This document shows, one piece after another, positions 49,430 to 64,000 of a DNA stretch of 64,000 nucleotides; the stretch's first letter is position 1, and the number at the start of each line of letters is the position of its first letter. The stretch is from Chiloscyllium plagiosum. Taxonomy: Eukaryota. A program made the translations under genes and the position numbers. Where the stretch lies: contig NC_057750.1 in assembly GCF_004010195.1 (NCBI RefSeq), positions 8,824,684 through 8,888,683 on the forward strand. Direction: 5' to 3'. The notes beneath the pieces are model-generated. The model worked only from the letters and a program-made list of their open reading frames with translations, was not told the DNA's origin and searched no databases.

Positions 49430-51360
49430 AGGATGGGAAAACTGACCATGGGTACAGAGAGTCATTTAAGCATGTGGGAGATAGGCATGTAAAAGTGGTA
49501 GGGGATTGTATAATTAGTGGGACAGATACTGTTCTCTCAGGTGAGTCTGAAAGGCTGCCCAATGCCAGGGTTCACAAAATCACAGGATTGTTAATCAGTC
49601 GAGCATTTCTGCACCAGCTCTTCAAATTAGAATTACCTATTGCCAATCTCCTGTCTTCTCCCCAATCTAACCAAAAACTTCTACCAAAACTCCTCTCAGC
49701 CTTCTCTTCATGAAGAACAGTCCCAGCTTCTTCAATCTATCCTCGTAACTGAAGTTTCTCATTTCAGGAATCAGTCATGTAAATCACTTCTGCACTCTCT
49801 TCAATGCATTTGCATCTTTCCCAATAATATGGTACCCACAACTGTACATAATACTCCAACTGAAGTCTAACAAGTGCCTTAAAACAGGTGGCCATCACCT
49901 CTTTGCTCTTGTACACTAGGCTGAAATAGATTGGCACAAAAGTGTTCATCAGAAAAGATGGGTGATGAATAATGGCAGGTGCTTAAAATAGTTCATAGGT
50001 AATGACAAAGATATACCCCAATGAGAGGAGGATTCTAGGTAGGGGATCAACCAATCATAGTTAACAAACAAAACTAAGGATAGCATCAAACTGTTAAAAA
50101 GAAAACATACAATATGGTAAATATTAGTCCAAGGATTGGGAAGTTTTAAAAGCTAATAAATTATCAAAATGATAATAGTCAGAAAACAAAACTTGAGGGC
50201 AAACTAGCAAGTAATATAAAACTAAACAGCAACAACTTCTCTAAAGATACAACATGGATGAGGGGTGCAAGTGAACACAGCATCCTTATGGAATGAGGCT
50301 GGGGAAATAATGAACAACCAAGAAATGAGACAGGAGTTGAATGAATACTTGACATCAGTCTTCAAGGTAGAAGACCCAAACAGCATTCAAAAAAGACTAA
50401 ATAATCAAGGAACAAAGTTAAAACAATGACCATTACTAGATAAAAGGTACTAGAGGAAGTGTGGCGAAAGGCCACTAGGTCACACGTGAGTTGCACTCCA
50501 TATTAAAGGAATGTCAAGGATAGTTGCTGCACTGCTAATAATCTTCCAAGAATTCTTATATTCTGGGAAAGTCTCAGGGCAGTGGAAAACTGCCAACATA
50601 ACACCTTTATTCAAAAAAAAACTATAGGACAGTCTAATTTGGGAAAATGCTAGATTACAAGAGATGGAATATCAGAGTTTTTAGAAATGCATAATAAACG
50701 TCAGCATAGCTTCAAGAAGGCACATTCCTGATGAAGGGCTTACGCCCGAAATGTTGATTCTCCCGCTCCTCGGATTCTGCCTGACCTGCTGTGCTTTTCC
50801 AGTGCCACACTTATCGACATGCTTCAAGAAGGGAAAAATGTACCTGAAAAGGTGATTATAGTTCTTTGAAGAGTTAACAAGATAGATAAAGGGGAACAAA
50901 TACATGTAATATATTTGGATTTCCCGAAAGGACGGCTGCTTAATAAGACCCCGTACGTTAGGGGTAGTAAATAAACAAGGATAGAGAATTGGCTCACTAA
51001 TAGAAGACAGAGTTGGAATGGGGAAGCATGGTCAGGAGTCAATCTGTAACTAGTAGGGGTGCCACAAGGATCAGTACTGGGCCACTATTATTTAATTCAT
51101 TTTGGCAGGAAGAGCAGAGGAGTTGAATACTATTTAAATGGAAAAAAACTGTAGACAAGTGCAGCACTAAGGGATCTGGAGTCCTAATTAATCTATTGAA
51201 TACTTTATCAGAAGGGTCTGTAGAGGCTACATTGTTAAGTATATACAAGACTGAATTTAAAAGATTTTTAATCAAGGTTTAAGGGGAAGGAAGAGAAAAG
51301 TAAAGGTGAAGATTAGTCACAATCTTACTGAATGGCAGAACAGACTTAATGGCCTACATC
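49430..51360. mobile_element. Old, rearranged CR1-type LINE fragments
   Basis: VVGDCIISGTD (ORF1-like), an inverted RT piece LVRLQLEYYVQLWVPY, WKTANITPLFKK, and VIYLDF/GVPQGSVLGPLLF remnants. Confidence 0.75.
50721..50820 (+). mobile_element. Single Penelope-type repeat with hammerhead-like core, RAB4B intron 4
   Basis: ATTC-CTGATGA-A-GGGC-TTAC-GCCC-GAAA-TGTT; TSD gcttcaagaagg at 50709-50720 and 50821-50832. Confidence 0.75.
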
Positions 51361-51742
51361 TTACGGTCATGTTGCTCAAACTTAGTTCTGCCATTCAATA
51401 AGATTGTGACTAATCTGTTTGCATTTTAAATTCCACATTCTTGCCTACCCCCAATAACTTTTGACTCCTCTAAGAATGTATTTATCGCTGCCTTAAAAAG
51501 ATTTATGACCACATCTCCTCCACCTTCTGAGGCAGAGAGTTCCAAAGTCTCTCAATCCTCTGTCTGTGGGGGCACCCTGACAGTAAAAAAAAGTCCCTTA
51601 TTTATGAGGGTCACCCAAAAAAGTAAACATCATTCCCATGTCCACCTAGACAAGACTGTTCAGGATGGTATATACACTTCAATCAAATCACTTCTCAATC
51701 TTCTGAACTCTAGTGCAAACAAGCTCAGCCTGTCCAATCTTT

Positions 51743-52158
51743 CATAGAATCAGAATCCCTACAGAGTGGAAACAGGCCGTTCGGCCTAAGAAGTCTATAT
51801 CAATTCTGCGAAGAGCATCCCAGCCAGACTCACCTGCCTACCTTACCACTGTAACCCTACATTTCCGTTCCATTGCTTGGCCCAATACATGTGTTACATT
51901 ATGATTCACACATGTATTGGGACATAATTTTACACCACAGCATCCCAGCCAGACTCACCTGCCTACCTTACCACTGTAACCCTACATTTCCGATGGCTAA
52001 TCCACCCAACCTACATATCCCTGAACATTACAGGCAACTCAGCATGGCCAATCCACCTAACCTGCCCATGGGGAGAATGTGCAAACTCGACACTGTCGCC
52101 AGTGGCTGGAATTGAATCTGGGTCCTGGCACAGTGAGGCAGTGCTAACCACTGAGCCA
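51743..52158 (-). mobile_element. HE1-type SINE with internal duplication
   Basis: agcatcccagccagactcacctgcctaccttaccactgtaaccctacatttccg occurs twice (~51813 and ~51939). Confidence 0.75.
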
Positions 52159-52484
52159 CTTTTCCTCAAGATAACCCACTCATCCCTAATATTAAGGTAT
52201 TCCAGTTTCACTCCATGTTCTATGCTGCAACCATTCTCAGTCAAAGACAATCTGATTTTGCAGCCAGCGCTTACTTCACCACAACACCAGAATTCCCACT
52301 CTGTATCACTATTTATTGACACTCGCTAACATGTTGATGTCATGTCATCCACTAGCAAACACTCCAATGATGCTCACTCCTATTGAATGACCAATTGAGC
52401 AAGGCCACTACCCAAATGCATAACAATGGAAGCAATAGAAATACAGAAATGGGAAAATATCTGATCATGTTTACCTGGAGATCA

Positions 52485-52730
<246 letters not shown>

Positions 52731-53944
52731 TCAGAGCCGAACTGGGTCAATGCAGAGTTATCTTAGCAGCAGCAACAGCAATAAGGGCATCATAATTGGC
52801 CTCAGTTAGTGAGGATAATGACCCAGCGGTTGTGATCATATAAACCTGCACAGAGCAGGCTAACTGCAAAACAGTCATTTCAGCAAACCAAAGAATTATT
52901 GCATTGATAGGACCCATAAACCAGTAAATAGGTACTGCCTTTAGATGTTAGAATAAATAGCAGGTACGTGAGTATAAGTGATTCCAATCTCTGGTTAGGT
53001 GGGGAGGGAATGAATGGGGGAGATTTATGCAGAACTGTCTAATCATGGCTCACAGTGGCCTCTAGCACTAGGTATGAACTTAGTTATTTACTCCGTTCTG
53101 AACTGGACATGGCTCCATGCAGTGTGCCTGTTGTCTCACACTTTTTCACTGCCAAATATTAAACAATATTGAGGATGACAACTCTGAAGGCTGGTACTAC
53201 TCCCTAAGGGAAATAAATTTATCTTATTTCAGCAACCCAGTGCATCTCTGGAACATTGTGACAAATCAGCTGCCCTGTCAGTCACAAAGCCCATCAACTA
53301 CATTCACAGAAGCAAGTGCAGTGTGTGTAGGAAAACGGTTTATACTGGTCAAGAAACAGAACCAGGATAATCCTAGAGGTGAAGTTAACTAGATCTCACT
53401 ATTTCCTCAAATTCTCAAAACACCAACACGGACGCTGAACTCCTTAAAGGGCCTATTCTGAATGTGAGTACCTTTCAATGGAATTTTTCATTAAGAGCAG
53501 GTGTCTTTGTCTATCAGAAGCATTGCAGCCAAACTCAACCTCTCTCTCATCAGAAACCCATATGTGCAGAGTTTCCAAAAAGGGCGATCTGATCTGATTT
53601 TCCATCATGCACCAATGGTATGATCAGATTGCCAACTTCATGTGATCTGGTTAGGGACCAATAATTTTTATTTTTAAGGCAAACGAAAGGTGAGATCCAG
53701 TGAACTGAGAGAGTAAAACCACAAGATTCCACTGTTCTGAATGAACAATCATGTTTTACTATACAATGCTAAACCAATATTAGTAACACAATTTACAATA
53801 CACGTACAGCTTATTCCTAACATCCAGAATTAACATGTGGCAAAAATGGCTAGGAGGGATCAAACACTACATAACACTCAAATAGCAAAGGATAGATCCA
53901 AACAATTTTAAAAGCAACTCCTGACATATGTTAATTTAGGGAGA

Positions 53945-54710
53945 CCTTGTAGTATTGTCACTGGTCTAATAATCCAAAGAGCCAGGTGATATCTTTGGGA
54001 TTGGGTTCAAATCCTACCACAGCAAATGGTGGAATTTGGATTCAACAAAAATCTAGAATTAAAAGTCTAATGTTTACCATGAAACTGTTATTAGAAACCC
54101 ATCTTGTTCACTAATGTCCTGCAGGGAAGGAAATCTGCTGTCCTTACCTGGTCTGACCTACATGTGACTCCAGATACACAGCAATGTGGTTGACTTCTAA
54201 CTGCCCTTTTAAATGGCCTAACAAGCCATCCAGTTGTGTATCAACCACTAAAAAGGAAAAAAGGGATGAAATCGAACAGGCTACCTGGCACTGATGAAAG
54301 TATCTTAACAATAGCAAAAACAGCCATGTCGACCCTGTAAAGTCCTCCTTAATAAAATCTGGGATCCAGTGCCAAAATTGGGATAGCTGTCTCACACTAG
54401 TCAAGCAACAGCATGACATTCATACTCAAGGAATCATACCTTTCACAGAATGTCCACACAACAGTATCACCATCCCTGTTCATGTCTTCTCAAATGGAAG
54501 GACAAACCCAGCAGAAATGGTGACACAGTGGTATAATGTTGGAAAGGATTTGTCCTAGGAATCCTAAACATTAACCATAGATTCCATGAAATCTCAAGGT
54601 CAAATATGGACAAAGCCCCCTGCTGATAACCTTGTACTATCTTCTCCCCTCATCTGACAAATCAGTACTCCTCCCTGTTGAACAGCACTTGGACAAAGCA
54701 CTGAAAGCGG
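53945..54710 (+). mobile_element. tRNA-headed LINE, 5' part
   Basis: Head with GGGTTCAAATCC B box, running into the same ORF start seen at 57645-58400. Confidence 0.7.
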
Positions 54711-55451
54711 TGGTTGTGGATGATGCTGAACATTGCACAATTCTTCAGTGAATTTCCATACCTCTAACCTAATGAGGAGGATAGTAATTGATGAAGCAGC
54801 TGAAGATTGTCCCACAGCCAACTCACTCTCTAGGTTGGGAGGTGTGGGTTCAGGTCCTACTCAGGTTCTGGAGGTATGTAATGTCATCTCTGAATGGGCT
54901 GATTAGAAAATATACATCCTGAAGAATTCCTGCGCAGATAGCCTGAAGCCAAGGTGATTGACGACCAACAACTACAACCATCTTCCTCTATGAATCCAGC
55001 CAATGGAGAGTTTTCTCCAATTCCTACTGACTCTAGTATTGAGAGGGCTCCTTGATACACAGCCAAATGGAGACTTCAGGTCAAGAGCAGTCACTCTCAC
55101 CACACTCGCGTTTCTTCACCCTGTTGTGGATACCACTTCCAAACAAAATCAGCATCGGGCAGAAAGAATGGAAACAGACTAGGAGCAGAAATTAGACCAC
55201 AGCCCATTGAATGACCGAGTAGACTCAATCATGCTTGATAAGTTTCTCAATCACATTCTCCCACTTTTTCTCCATAAACCTTGATCCCCTTGACTGTGAA
55301 GAACCTATCAAGAGTTTGTGCTTCTATCAAGAATCAAGAACAAAAAGAAGTAGGCTGCGTTTTTACATTCAGCTGCTCTACCTAACTTACAAGTGATATA
55401 ATTCTTTACCATGGTGCAAACAGACAAAAACAAAGAGAACTGATCTACTCA

Positions 55452-55601
<150 letters not shown>

Positions 55602-56408
55602 TCACAAAGGCTAAGAAACACAAAACATGATATTTTGCTAACGTTTTAACAAATTAACAATGAATACATTTTATTCAAAAAATAAATTTAACCTGGCTAT
55701 CAGCCTGCATTGATTAGCAGACCTGGGCAAGGTAGCAAGATTGCTTTCCCTCAAACAGGTTTGCTGACACAAGCATGACATTTCATTCTGAAACTGAGCC
55801 AAAAATTATTAACTGCACGAGGTGAGTGCATCTTGGAATCTGACAGCACTGTTCCCTTGTGTTGCATTGCTCAAACACTAGATCACCTAGTTACAGTTGT
55901 CTTAAAATGCAGGATTGTGCCTTTGAAACCCTGAATCATAACCAAATGTATTGAGTTTGGGTTGGCAGCTGCAGGTTTACATCTGTTATTCACTCACTCA
56001 GTTTCTATCAAATCTGGAACCTCAAGAAAATGAGCAATTCATAGAAAAGTAGACTGTGGTTATGAAGACACCACTCCTGCCAATGCAGCCCATTCGACCT
56101 TGGTCAGTTCCTAAGCACACGTGACATGTAAGTACGTAGTGAGATAGGATTGTGAATCGCTGTGTTCATCAAGAGGGTACAACTCCAAGGAGAGGAGAGA
56201 AAACGGTCGACCAGGAAATCTCAATCACATCAAATGGCTGTATTGCACAGTGCATGGAGAGGGGAATGGATTCCCTTTCCCCCATATACACTCTAAATTA
56301 CTAGCCCTGTGACCTAATTTAAATCTACCAGGGAAAGCCCCACAGCATTTGCATCCACACTTCTTCAATTGTCATCAAACCGGCAAAAAAGGAAGTCCCC
56401 AAACTTAC

Positions 56409-56489
56409 ATTTGTTTTCAATAAACTGATGGAGGAGACATGACTTCCCTGTTCCCGCACTGCCGATTACCAGAAACTTGAATAGGAAAT
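56409..56489 (-). CDS. RAB4B: Ras-related protein Rab-4B, coding exon 2 (81 nt)
   Basis: Manual translation (D)[26 protein letters not shown](F), containing the P-loop. Acceptor ttccctcttcAG, donor GTaagt. GSAG and ENK are RAB4B-type; RAB4A has GNAG and EKK. Confidence 0.96.
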
Positions 56490-56997
56490 CTGAAGAGGGA
56501 AAACAAACAAAAAACATGTTAAAACTTAGATTAAAATTGGCAAGCGGTCTGGACGCTAAAGTATGTACCTATAAGTGATATAGCATACATAAAGTTACGC
56601 TATTGAATATTGAGACTGCCAAATAACAGACCCTGTCAAATCCAACAGCAGCACATAACACTTACCATAAAGTGTCAGTGCTACATTTTTTGGGCATTTG
56701 CAAACATTTGTTCAAGGCAAAGACAAACAAATCTATGCACGTACTTTGAAGCTGAGAAAAAAAACGTGTTGTCATGCGTCCTGCCCCATGCCTCCCAAAA
56801 TAACCACTAATCACTCCTATTTAGCCAAGTCACACAGTCACTCCTGAGGTCAGTGCTAGCGCCTGCTGTCTACCCCCACCCTTATTTGATTACAATATTA
56901 TCACATTTATTTGTTGAATGGTTGTCCCTCGCTTTTGATGCCAGCTTTGGATCACACCTGCCTGGCGTGCCAGACCGGTGACCTGCTGCCTCCTCCG

Positions 56998-57306
56998 TGG
57001 GTGACACAGTGGTTAGCACTGCTGCCTCACAGCGCCAGAGACCCGAGTTCATTTCCCGCCTCAGGTGACTGACTGTGTGGAGTTTGTACATTCTCCCTGT
57101 GTCTGCGTGGTTTCCTCCGGGTGCTCCGGTTTCCTCCCACAGTCCAAAAATGTGCAGGTTAGGTGAATTGGCCATGCTAAATTGCCTGTAGTGTTAGGTG
57201 CAGGGGTAAACGTAGGGGAATGGGTCTGGGTGGGTTGCGCTTCGGCGGGTCAGTGTGGACTTGTTGGGCCGAAGGGCCTGTTTTCACACTACAAGTAATC
57301 TAATCT
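56998..57306 (+). mobile_element. HE1-type V-SINE
   Basis: Full-length match. Confidence 0.85.
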
Positions 57307-57644
57307 AAAAAAAAAGCCCCACAGTGGTTATTTACATTGCTTCATGCTCCTCCCTGGAGGATAGTGTCAAGCAATGGAAGGATTTACAGGCGAACAGCCT
57401 GCCTGGCTGTGATGGGAAAGGTTTCTTTGTGGCAGTTACACCTTTGTACCAGCAAATCGTTTAGGTCTTTACAATAAGAGAGTTCTGCATCAAACAACAT
57501 AACTGGAGGTCACTGGGTAGCCAAGCAAAATCCACAGCCATGCCAATTTCTTCACCCACTGGCATCAGCTGCAGCGAGGAGGGAAACCAGAGTGCTCTCA
57601 ATCAGGAAGTGTATATATAACTAAGGAGTCGAAGGGGTGGACGA

Positions 57645-59820
57645 TGACCTAGTGAGATTGTCACTGGATTAGTAATCTAGAGATCGAGGTAAAGGTCCAT
57701 GTCACATGGTAGAATTTGAAATTAATAAAAAACCTGGAAAGTAAAAATTGCAAGTCTTATGATGCCTGAGACACTATCAAAACCCATAAAAACCCATCTG
57801 GTTCACTAGAACCCTTTAAGGAAAAAAACAGCCATCCTCATCTGGTCTGGCCCATACATGACTCCAGACCCACAGCAACGTGGTATACTGTTAACTGCTC
57901 TCCGACATGACCTAACAAGCCATTTATTTGTATAAACCACAAGATAGTCTCAAAACAAAGGAATGAAACTAGATGGACCATCTGAGTCACCAGAAGCAAC
58001 TATGGAGATTACAGCCCTGTTTATCTTGCAAAGTCCGGCTCACTAAAGTCTGGGAGCCAGTGCCAAAATTAGAACAGCTGTTTCACAGACTAGTTGAGCA
58101 ATCATACTCATGGAATCATACTTTACTGACAATTCCTCAGACACACTATCACCATCTCTGGGTACATCCTGTCCCTGGTAGGACAGATCAAGCAGAGGTT
58201 GAGGTACAGTAGTAGACAGTCAAAAAGAGGTTGCCCTGGGAGTCATCAACATGGGTTCCAGGCCGCAGGAGGTCTCATGGCATCAAGTCAAACATGGGCA
58301 AGGAAACCTCCGGCTAGTTGCTTTGTTCCGCCCTGCCTTGACTGACGAATTAGCCTCCATGTTGAACATGACTTGAAGAAAACACCGAGGACGACAAGCA
58401 TGCAGAAAAGAATCTGGCTGGGAGACTTCAATGTCCAGAGTGGTTAGCAGTATCACCACTGACTAAGCTGATCGAGTCCTAAAGGATATTGCTGCTCATC
58501 GGGTCTGTGGCAGGCAGTGAGGGAAAACACTTCACCTCATGCTCACCAATGTGCCTTTCAGTTTCATCTGTCTGTGACTATATTGATGAGAGTGACTGCT
58601 GCACAGTCCTTGTGGAGACGAAGATGTGCTTTCACATTGATAATACCATTCACGTTCTGTGACACTATCACTGTGCTAAATGGAATAGGCTTCAAACAGA
58701 TCGAACAACTCGAGACTGCGCATCCATGAGAGCTGTAGGCCAGTGACAACAGAATTGTACTCCAAGCCAATGCAACATCCTAGATTGGTATATCACCTAA
58801 ATCTACCACTTTCACCAAGATGGAGGTGTCAACCCTAGTTAGTGAAGAGTGCAAAAGGGTACTCCAGGAGCAGCACCAAGCAAAGATAAGATAGCAACAC
58901 GCGAAGCTACAATTAGAATTACATCCATCTAACAACATAAGCAGCAAGTGACAGATAGAGCTAAGCGACTTCACAAACAACAGATCAGATCTAAACTCTG
59001 CAGCCATGCCACGTCCAGTCATGAATAGTAGTACGCAATTAAACCACTCTCTGGTGGAGACGGCTGCACAAGTACATTCATATAAACAATGAGTTCAGCA
59101 CATTAATGCAAAAGGATGAAGCAGTTGCAACAGTCTTTAACAAAAAGCACCTGGTGCATAATCAAATCAGCCTCCTCCAGACATACCCAGTATCACACAT
59201 GTAAATCTTCAGGCAATTTGACTCACTCCATGTGACATCAAGAAATGGATGAAAGCACTAGATACTGCACAGGCTATGGGCCCTGACAACATTCTAGCAA
59301 TTGTACTGAAGACTTATACTTCTGAACATCCCACACAACTTGTCAAACTGCTCCACCACAGTTACAACATTGACATTTACCTGAATGTGGAGATTAGGTC
59401 AGGTATGATCTCTACAGAAAGTGCAGGATAAATCCAAAACAGATCATTCAATTATCTGTGGATGTGGTGACATTCACTCATTCAACCACTGCCACTCAAT
59501 AGTAACTACATGTTCCATTTACAAAATGTACTGCAGTAATCCACAACCATCGAGAATGGACAAGGCAGCAAATTCACCTGCAAGTTCTCTTCGAAGTCAC
59601 TCATATTCCTTACTTGGAAATGCATTGTTATTCCTTCACTGTCACTGGGTGAAAGTCATAGAACTCCTTCCTTATAGGCATTGCAGGTATACCCTACGCC
59701 AAATGGATTTCAGCAGTGCAAGGAGATAGCTCACCATCACCTTCTCAAAAGATAAACGAGGTCCAGCAACAAATGCTGGCCCAGTCAGAAACACCCACAT
59801 CATGTGAATGATCAAAAGAA
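57645..59820 (+). mobile_element. tRNA-headed LINE, longest copy (internally deleted)
   Basis: Head, APE remnants (VSWHQVKHGQGNL, WLGDFNV), the pre-RT motif AMGPDNILAIVLKT, and the family tail. Confidence 0.75.
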
Positions 59821-59959
59821 AAGGTCCAACTGCTGTGGTAACCAGGGGATTTGTCTCTATATAATAATCCAATTAATCAGATTTCCCCCAGACGTTTCTC
59901 AGTCTTCCTGTAATATCGGGAGTGTAGTCCTGGAGGCTTTGTGGCACCTCTAGGTCAGA

Positions 59960-60548
59960 AACTCCATACTTGCTTTCATTGGTCAAAGCACCAAGTATAG
60001 GAGTTGGGATGTCACACTGCAGCTTCACAGGATGTTGGTGAGGCCACTTTTATGTAGAGTGCTGGTCGAAGGGAATTAAATTGGAAGGGTACAGAAAAGA
60101 TTTACCAAGATGTTACCGGGACTGGAGGGCTTGAGTTATATGGAGAGTGTATAGGATGGGACATCTTTCTCTGGAGTGTAGGAAGTTTCAGAGTTGCCTT
60201 AGAGGTTTACAAAATTATGAGTATAGACAAGATGAATAGCAAAGGTTTCTTTACAGGGTAGGGGAGTCCAAAACTGGAAGGCACAGGTTCAAAGTGAGAG
60301 GTGAAAGATTTGGAAGGGACCTTAGGGGCAACTTTTTCATATTGGCTGCTTCATTTCTGGTATGAACTGCCAGAGGACATGGCAGATGCAGATACAGTTA
60401 CAACATTTAAAAGACATTTGGATAGGTACACAAATTGGAAAAGTTCAGAGGGATATGGGTCAAACATATGGGACTAGTTTAGATTGGAAAACCAAGTCGG
60501 CATTGACGAGTTGGACCAAAAGGTCTATCTCCGTGCTATATGACTATA
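59960..60548 (+). mobile_element. CR1/HER1 LINE 3' end
   Basis: KLEGVQKRFTKMLPGLEGLSY...GHRFKVRGERF and tail. Confidence 0.85.
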
Positions 60549-63404
60549 TAAACAATGATCCTGCAGACTTTGATCATCGCAATTAGCTTAATGCACTGTA
60601 GAAATGCACTTTGTTGTCATGCTCAAACCCATCCTGTGGAGATCTGTTCACACCCTTTAGTGGACTGTCATCAGGAGCAGGAATCGAGCAATGTTCGCCC
60701 AGTAACCCTGGATGGTTCAAGGCAGATTGAGTCATTGAGGAGCCATGTGGTTAACTTAATGGCATAAGGCCTGCAGCAGTGCATGGAAAACAGTTTTCAC
60801 AATCTTGTCTACCTTTCAAAGCGATTAACTTTTGATGCTATTAACTTGCAGATTCTTCCTGTAAAGCAGCATTTTTAATGTAGGCAATGACACTGGGAAA
60901 CTATCTGCATCAATCCAAGACTCTTCCTATCTTAGTCTCACAAGGGCAATGAAAATCATTCAAAAAAATTGCTGGACGCTTTGCATTCAGGGCCAGTTGA
61001 TGAATCAAAGGAATTTCAGAATTATCAAGTGAAGAACATTCAACTGTACTCTCTATCTCTCTCTGTCATACGGACAGGTTGCTAACCACACAGACTGAAA
61101 CGGTTCAAGAAGTTGGCAGACTACCAACATTTCCAGGGCAACTAAGGATGGTCAATAAGTGCCAATGACACCCACTTGAGTGTGAATACAAAAAGATCTA
61201 AAAACAAATATGAGAAGCAAGCTTAGAAAACTGGTAGATTGGTCTTCATGGCTTAGTTAAGATGCTGCTCTTGTCTACAGCGTGGCATTTCATCTCATCT
61301 AGTGAGGGAAAGGACAGTTTTTGTACTATCAACTCACCAATGAAATTGCAATATTGTTTTGCCCAAAGCATGCCAAACATGAGTATCACAAGGGGCAAAT
61401 AGTCGAGCATAAAATATTTTTCACCTTTTGCCAACTTTAAAACTTTCTATCCTTTCCCACATGATCCTTAAAAGATGGCAATGTGTACAGCAATGACTCC
61501 AGGGGCATACCTCCTGTAAATTAATGAACAACTGGTGATCACATGGCCAATTTTAATGAATGGGCCAGTTTGCTGGGAGATGATGACAGCACTTCAGAGC
61601 CAAACGTGATCTCAAGTTAACTTCCTTAAGTGATAGCGACATAGTTGGGTTAGGGTTTGCTGATTCAATACAAACAAAAAACGCAAACTGAAGATGCATC
61701 CATTTTAACAAGCAGCAGTCAGAATTTTGGTCACAGAGTTAGCAATAAAGTTTAAATCTCATTTCACTCTGATTTAAAAGGGATTTTTACAGGATCTCTA
61801 ACTTTGGACTCCCTTCAACTGTCGCGTCTTGGCTTTCTGTTTATTACCAGGACATTTATCCTAATCTTGCTGGGGAACAATGCCAACACATCCACTGGCA
61901 ACCTGCAAGGGTCTTGCACAATGGTCTCTGAGCTAGTCCAAAATGCAAGTCACTAGCACACAATGCTACAGCTAAGATCAATGAAAACACAGGCTGGAAG
62001 CCTGCTGCCCATCATTTGCTGAGCTACAAAGACCAAACAGCAGAATGTCAAATTACCTAACTCTTGTGGGGACAGGTTAATAGTATTGGACCACCACAGA
62101 AATGTGGTGAGCTCAGATCCCATCTTGGCATGTTATGAAATGGAATTTAACAAATAACTGTTGGGTTGATTGCTAACATAGCAAATCGGCCAATGCAAAA
62201 TGGAAAGAATTTTGCATGTAGCTTGAACACTGGCACAGAAATGTTGGGATAAATGAGCTGACAATTCTTAGTCTATGACTCTACTTAACACTACAAGGTT
62301 GATTAAATTGCTTTTACCTAGCAACCCACTCAGTTGCACACATCAGATTGGCCAGGGAATGGGCAGCAAATGTTCTGACTGCACCATGGGAGCAGTTAAA
62401 AAAGTTAAACAGATTGGAAATTCATTCATCCAGCAGCTCAAAGCATTTAAATCTTGCCGGCAATGCTACCTCATTTTCAAATAAGCAATACATTTCCCAC
62501 TGTGGACAGAAGGCAATATCCTTAAACCAACACCAGGCAGATTTTGCTCAAATCAGGTCACAGCACCAGCAGTTAGCATTAGCACAAGGCACGCTGTGGG
62601 TGGAAAGGCTTTTACATTCCGATGGTCCCTTACAAGATGCCTCTGGGAGCTCCTTGTGCCTGATAAGGCCATCAACGGTGGTTAGGGGTGGCTATGTGCA
62701 CTCGCACTTGAGCGGAGTGAAGGGATGTGGTGGGACAGACACAGAGACAGAATAGTCAAATTAACAGGCCAAATAAGGCCCAAAATTCATCAACAGTCAA
62801 AAAGGCAAACAAAGATAAGGCACCTCACTGGTTATGACAGTAGAAAGCTATAATGCAAAGGTGGTCCAAGTCATCACAGAATTTCATCAAATGCTGACCA
62901 GTCACAATCATGTCAACAATGGTGGTGTCAAAATAAAATCACACAAGCTTCTACCAGGGTTCTCAAGCAACTGCTTCAAATATATTCTCCTTGAAGTGTG
63001 GTTGCTCAAAACAGTGTCAACTTGCCCATTATACTCCATCACACTTTGAGGCCCAAAGCCTTCATAAGACAGAGGGACAGCTGAGAAGGCAAGAAAAGGA
63101 AGCGAGTCCTGCACCCTGGATCCCAATACCCAACGAGTGCACCCAAAGTCTGTGGGTTAAGAACTGGCCCGTGCAGCGACAGGACAGTCCAAGGCAGAAA
63201 CAGAGTAAACATCATTTTCAAATTGAGGATCAGCCAATAACAGCTTTAGAGACCCAGTGGTGAGTAAATGGCAACCTGATATCTCTACCCTTCCCTCCAG
63301 TTGACTGGGTCTCATCTCAACTGGCTCCACCACTCAAAGAAAAAGAAAATCACCTGCATCAGTTCCTGAACAAAGTAACCTGCATCATTTACATAAAAAA
63401 GAAC

Positions 63405-63612
63405 CAAGGATGCTGCAAATCAGAGACTAAAACAGAAATTTCTGGAAAAGCTCAGGTTTTGCAGCATCCGTGGAGAGAAATCAGTTAACTTTTTGGATCA
63501 AATGAGCTTACCTCAGGCCTGAGGCAGGGTCATTCAACCTGAAATGTTAGCATCTATGGAGTAAAATCAGAGTTAAGAGACCTGCTGAGCCTTTCCAGCA
63601 ATTTCTATTTTT
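63405..63612. mobile_element. Decayed palindromic Penelope-type repeat (second family)
   Basis: Inverted arms cagaaatttctggaaaagctcag / ctgctgagcctttccagcaatttc around cctcaggcctgagg. Confidence 0.6.
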
Positions 63613-64000
63613 GCCTCTGCAATGTTTACATTCCTATCTACAGCCTGCAGAGAGAGTAGAACTTTACTGTTACGTAACAAGGTGCCTGTAAATCCCAGAC
63701 ACTTTGAGGTTACCTCACTCACTGGGAATTCTCACCACATTATGCGGATAATTCACATCTGGAAACTAATGATTAAGTTTTGAATCTCAAGTTAAAGATT
63801 TGGGTGAGACTGCTGAACTCAGTGCCTCAGCTCTAGAGAAAGAAAAGCCAGTTGTGTCTGGACCTTGTTGAATTAATCCAACCAGAATGGATACATGTGG
63901 GAAGTAGAGAACGAAGTGTGGTGATGATTCCACCTCCTCTCTTCCAGAGCCAGATGGTAGAGAAACAGTAACTTGATTCGCAAATCAAAAACAGTGTACA

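Noticed and set aside
56490..64000. RAB4B exon 1 (M-x-E-T-Y plus donor) and promoter
   Set aside because: No matching sequence or CpG-rich island seen; probably beyond the window.

Overview
Vertebrate genomic DNA, most likely from a shark, judged by its HE1-type V-SINEs, CR1/HER1 LINEs, DeuSINE-like and Penelope repeats (inference). The window has six N-gaps. The only supportable host gene is RAB4B on the minus strand: coding exons 2-7 lie at 56489->38712 with GT-AG boundaries. No exon 1 was found in the window. A 3'UTR intron follows the stop, then probably a ~9 kb repeat-poor terminal exon ending near 27385. Positions 1-27 kb are a dense transposon graveyard. Two things stand out. First, short Penelope-derived, often palindromic elements with 12-16 bp target-site duplications carry minimal hammerhead-ribozyme cores showing stem covariation. 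Second, four poly(A)-tailed retroelements are stacked at one ~14-bp target motif inside an LTR, and a similar motif flanks an unrelated insertion site, suggesting sequence-specific targeting. Repeat family names come from recall of consensus motifs, not database searches, and repeat boundaries are approximate.
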